Assembly (NCBI GenBank): GCA_964616915.1
Contig: CAZTSL010000008.1
Coordinates: 1 to 43,310 of the forward strand
Direction: 5' to 3'
Source of the DNA: an uncultured bacterium
GTDB taxonomy: Bacteria > Myxococcota_A > CAZTSL01
DNA: 43,310 nt
A model generated the notes under the pieces. The model was not told the origin of the DNA, did no database searches, and worked only from the letters and a program-made list of their open reading frames with translations. Position numbers and translations under genes: made by a program. Positions 42,401 to 43,310 of this stretch are shown piece by piece. Numbering within the stretch: position 1 is the first letter of the stretch; every line of letters begins with the position of its first letter.

Positions 42401-43310
42401 ATGACGACGGAAACGACACGGAAGGATGCCGCCCGACCACGCACGAGATGTCCGGAGTGCCAGAGACCCCTCGCACCGGAAGCCCGCTTTTGCGCCTACT
42501 GTGGAGAGATCTTCGAGGAGAGTTCCGATCTCTCCGTCCAGTATCGGACGACGAAGACCGCAGGGCGCCCCGTTCGATACAAAACGGGCTCGAAGAGCTG
42601 TCCGAGTTGCTTCAACCGTGTCTCACGGGAAGCGACGTTCTGTCCCCGGTGTAGCTACCGCTTCGAGGGGAAGGAGGGGGGCGCGGAGGAATCATCCATC
42701 CGGCGGGGGGACCCAATGTCCCGCAAAGCGGCGCGCCCGACGATCGACCCCCGCCAGGCGGCGATCGAGAAGCGGCTCGACGATCTGCGGCGGGAAGGGA
42801 AACTCTCCGAGGAGCAACTTCGCAGACTCCGCAAACGGCTCCTCGAGGGGGGGGATGAGGATGGGGGGATCTCCGCATCCCCAACCCCTTCCCGGCGTGC
42901 CGCGACCGATCCGAAGGGGGAAACGGAGCGACGCTCGGGGAAGGAAACCACGCCCTCGGCCGTGGATATCCCGACACCGGGGAACCGTCTCCCGGAAAGG
43001 GGGAAGGGGAGCCCCTCCGCGCAAGAAAGCGGGAACCTGCTCGACAGCCGAGAGCAGGCGATCCTCGAAAAATTGAGATCGATGCGATCGGCCGGAACGA
43101 TCACGTCCGGACAATACCGGAAGCTCAAGGCCCGCCTCCTCTCCGGAAAGGGGGTGAGCCTCAAATCCCCGGATCTCCCCGCCACCGACCGGCCGGAAGA
43201 GGGGGTACCCCCGCTCGCTCCATCCGACTCCGAGGCCCCGACGGCGCCTGCGGCCGCCCCGGAGGCCCCCGATGCCACGGGAGGGGAAGCCCCGACGGCG
43301 CCTGCGGCCG
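42401..43310 (+). CDS. Protein with two zinc ribbons, two SHOCT-like helical hairpins and a Pro/Ala repeat region; 3' truncated by window edge
   Basis: Absent from the track (no stop). MTTETT..CPECQ..FCAYCG..CPSC..FCPRC. SHOCT-like IEKRLDDLRREGKLSEEQLRRLRKRLL and ILEKLRSMRSAGTITSGQYRKLKARLL. Confidence 0.8.
   Translation, partial: MTTETTRKDAARPRTRCPECQRPLAPEARFCAYCGEIFEESSDLSVQYRTTKTAGRPVRYKTGSKSCPSCFNRVSREATFCPRCSYRFEGKEGGAEESSIRRGDPMSRKAARPTIDPRQAAIEKRLDDLRREGKLSEEQLRRLRKRLLEGGDEDGGISASPTPSRRAATDPKGETERRSGKETTPSAVDIPTPGNRLPERGKGSPSAQESGNLLDSREQAILEKLRSMRSAGTITSGQYRKLKARLLSGKGVSLKSPDLPATDRPEEGVPPLAPSDSEAPTAPAAAPEAPDATGGEAPTAPAA
43235..43310 (+). repeat. 22-bp direct repeat, 54-bp period (encodes APTAPAA)
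   Basis: GCCCCGACGGCGCCTGCGGCCG at 43235-43256 and 43289-43310. Confidence 0.85.

Overview
GC-rich (about 65% by eye) bacterial chromosome segment, probably an uncultured Gram-negative with deltaproteobacterial/myxobacterial-like gene content (inference). It holds about 33 CDSs, mostly on the minus strand, plus tRNA-Leu(CAA). I saw no integrase, transposase, CRISPR array or rRNA. Most long ORFs in the supplied track are antisense shadows. The track misses rpmH and both edge-truncated genes. Housekeeping genes: rpmH-rnpA, hemW, glpK, adenosine and 8-oxoguanine deaminases, mazG, a Leu/Phe/Val dehydrogenase, trxB, an FKBP, a CYTH enzyme, an M3 peptidase and TerC. Envelope glycosylation genes: two GT-C-like proteins, YfhO-phosphoglycosyl transferase and a GT9. 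Main oddities: (1) three in-frame fusions of normally separate genes (MazG-amino acid dehydrogenase, GrxC-TrxB, YfhO-PGT), each keeping an internal SD+ATG; (2) a 739-aa NYN-LOTUS RNase behind an unexplained ~830-nt region, followed by Grx-TrxB and an exported UPF0489-TPR gene; (3) tandem divergent NAD-IDH-family paralogues; (4) a poly-C10 tract in a near-consensus sigma70 promoter spacer; (5) a possibly leaderless unknown Zn-motif gene with a palindrome in its promoter; (6) HIP1-like CGATCG enrichment; (7) rpmH-rnpA detached from dnaA and yidD/yidC. All family calls come from reading motifs, not from database searches.
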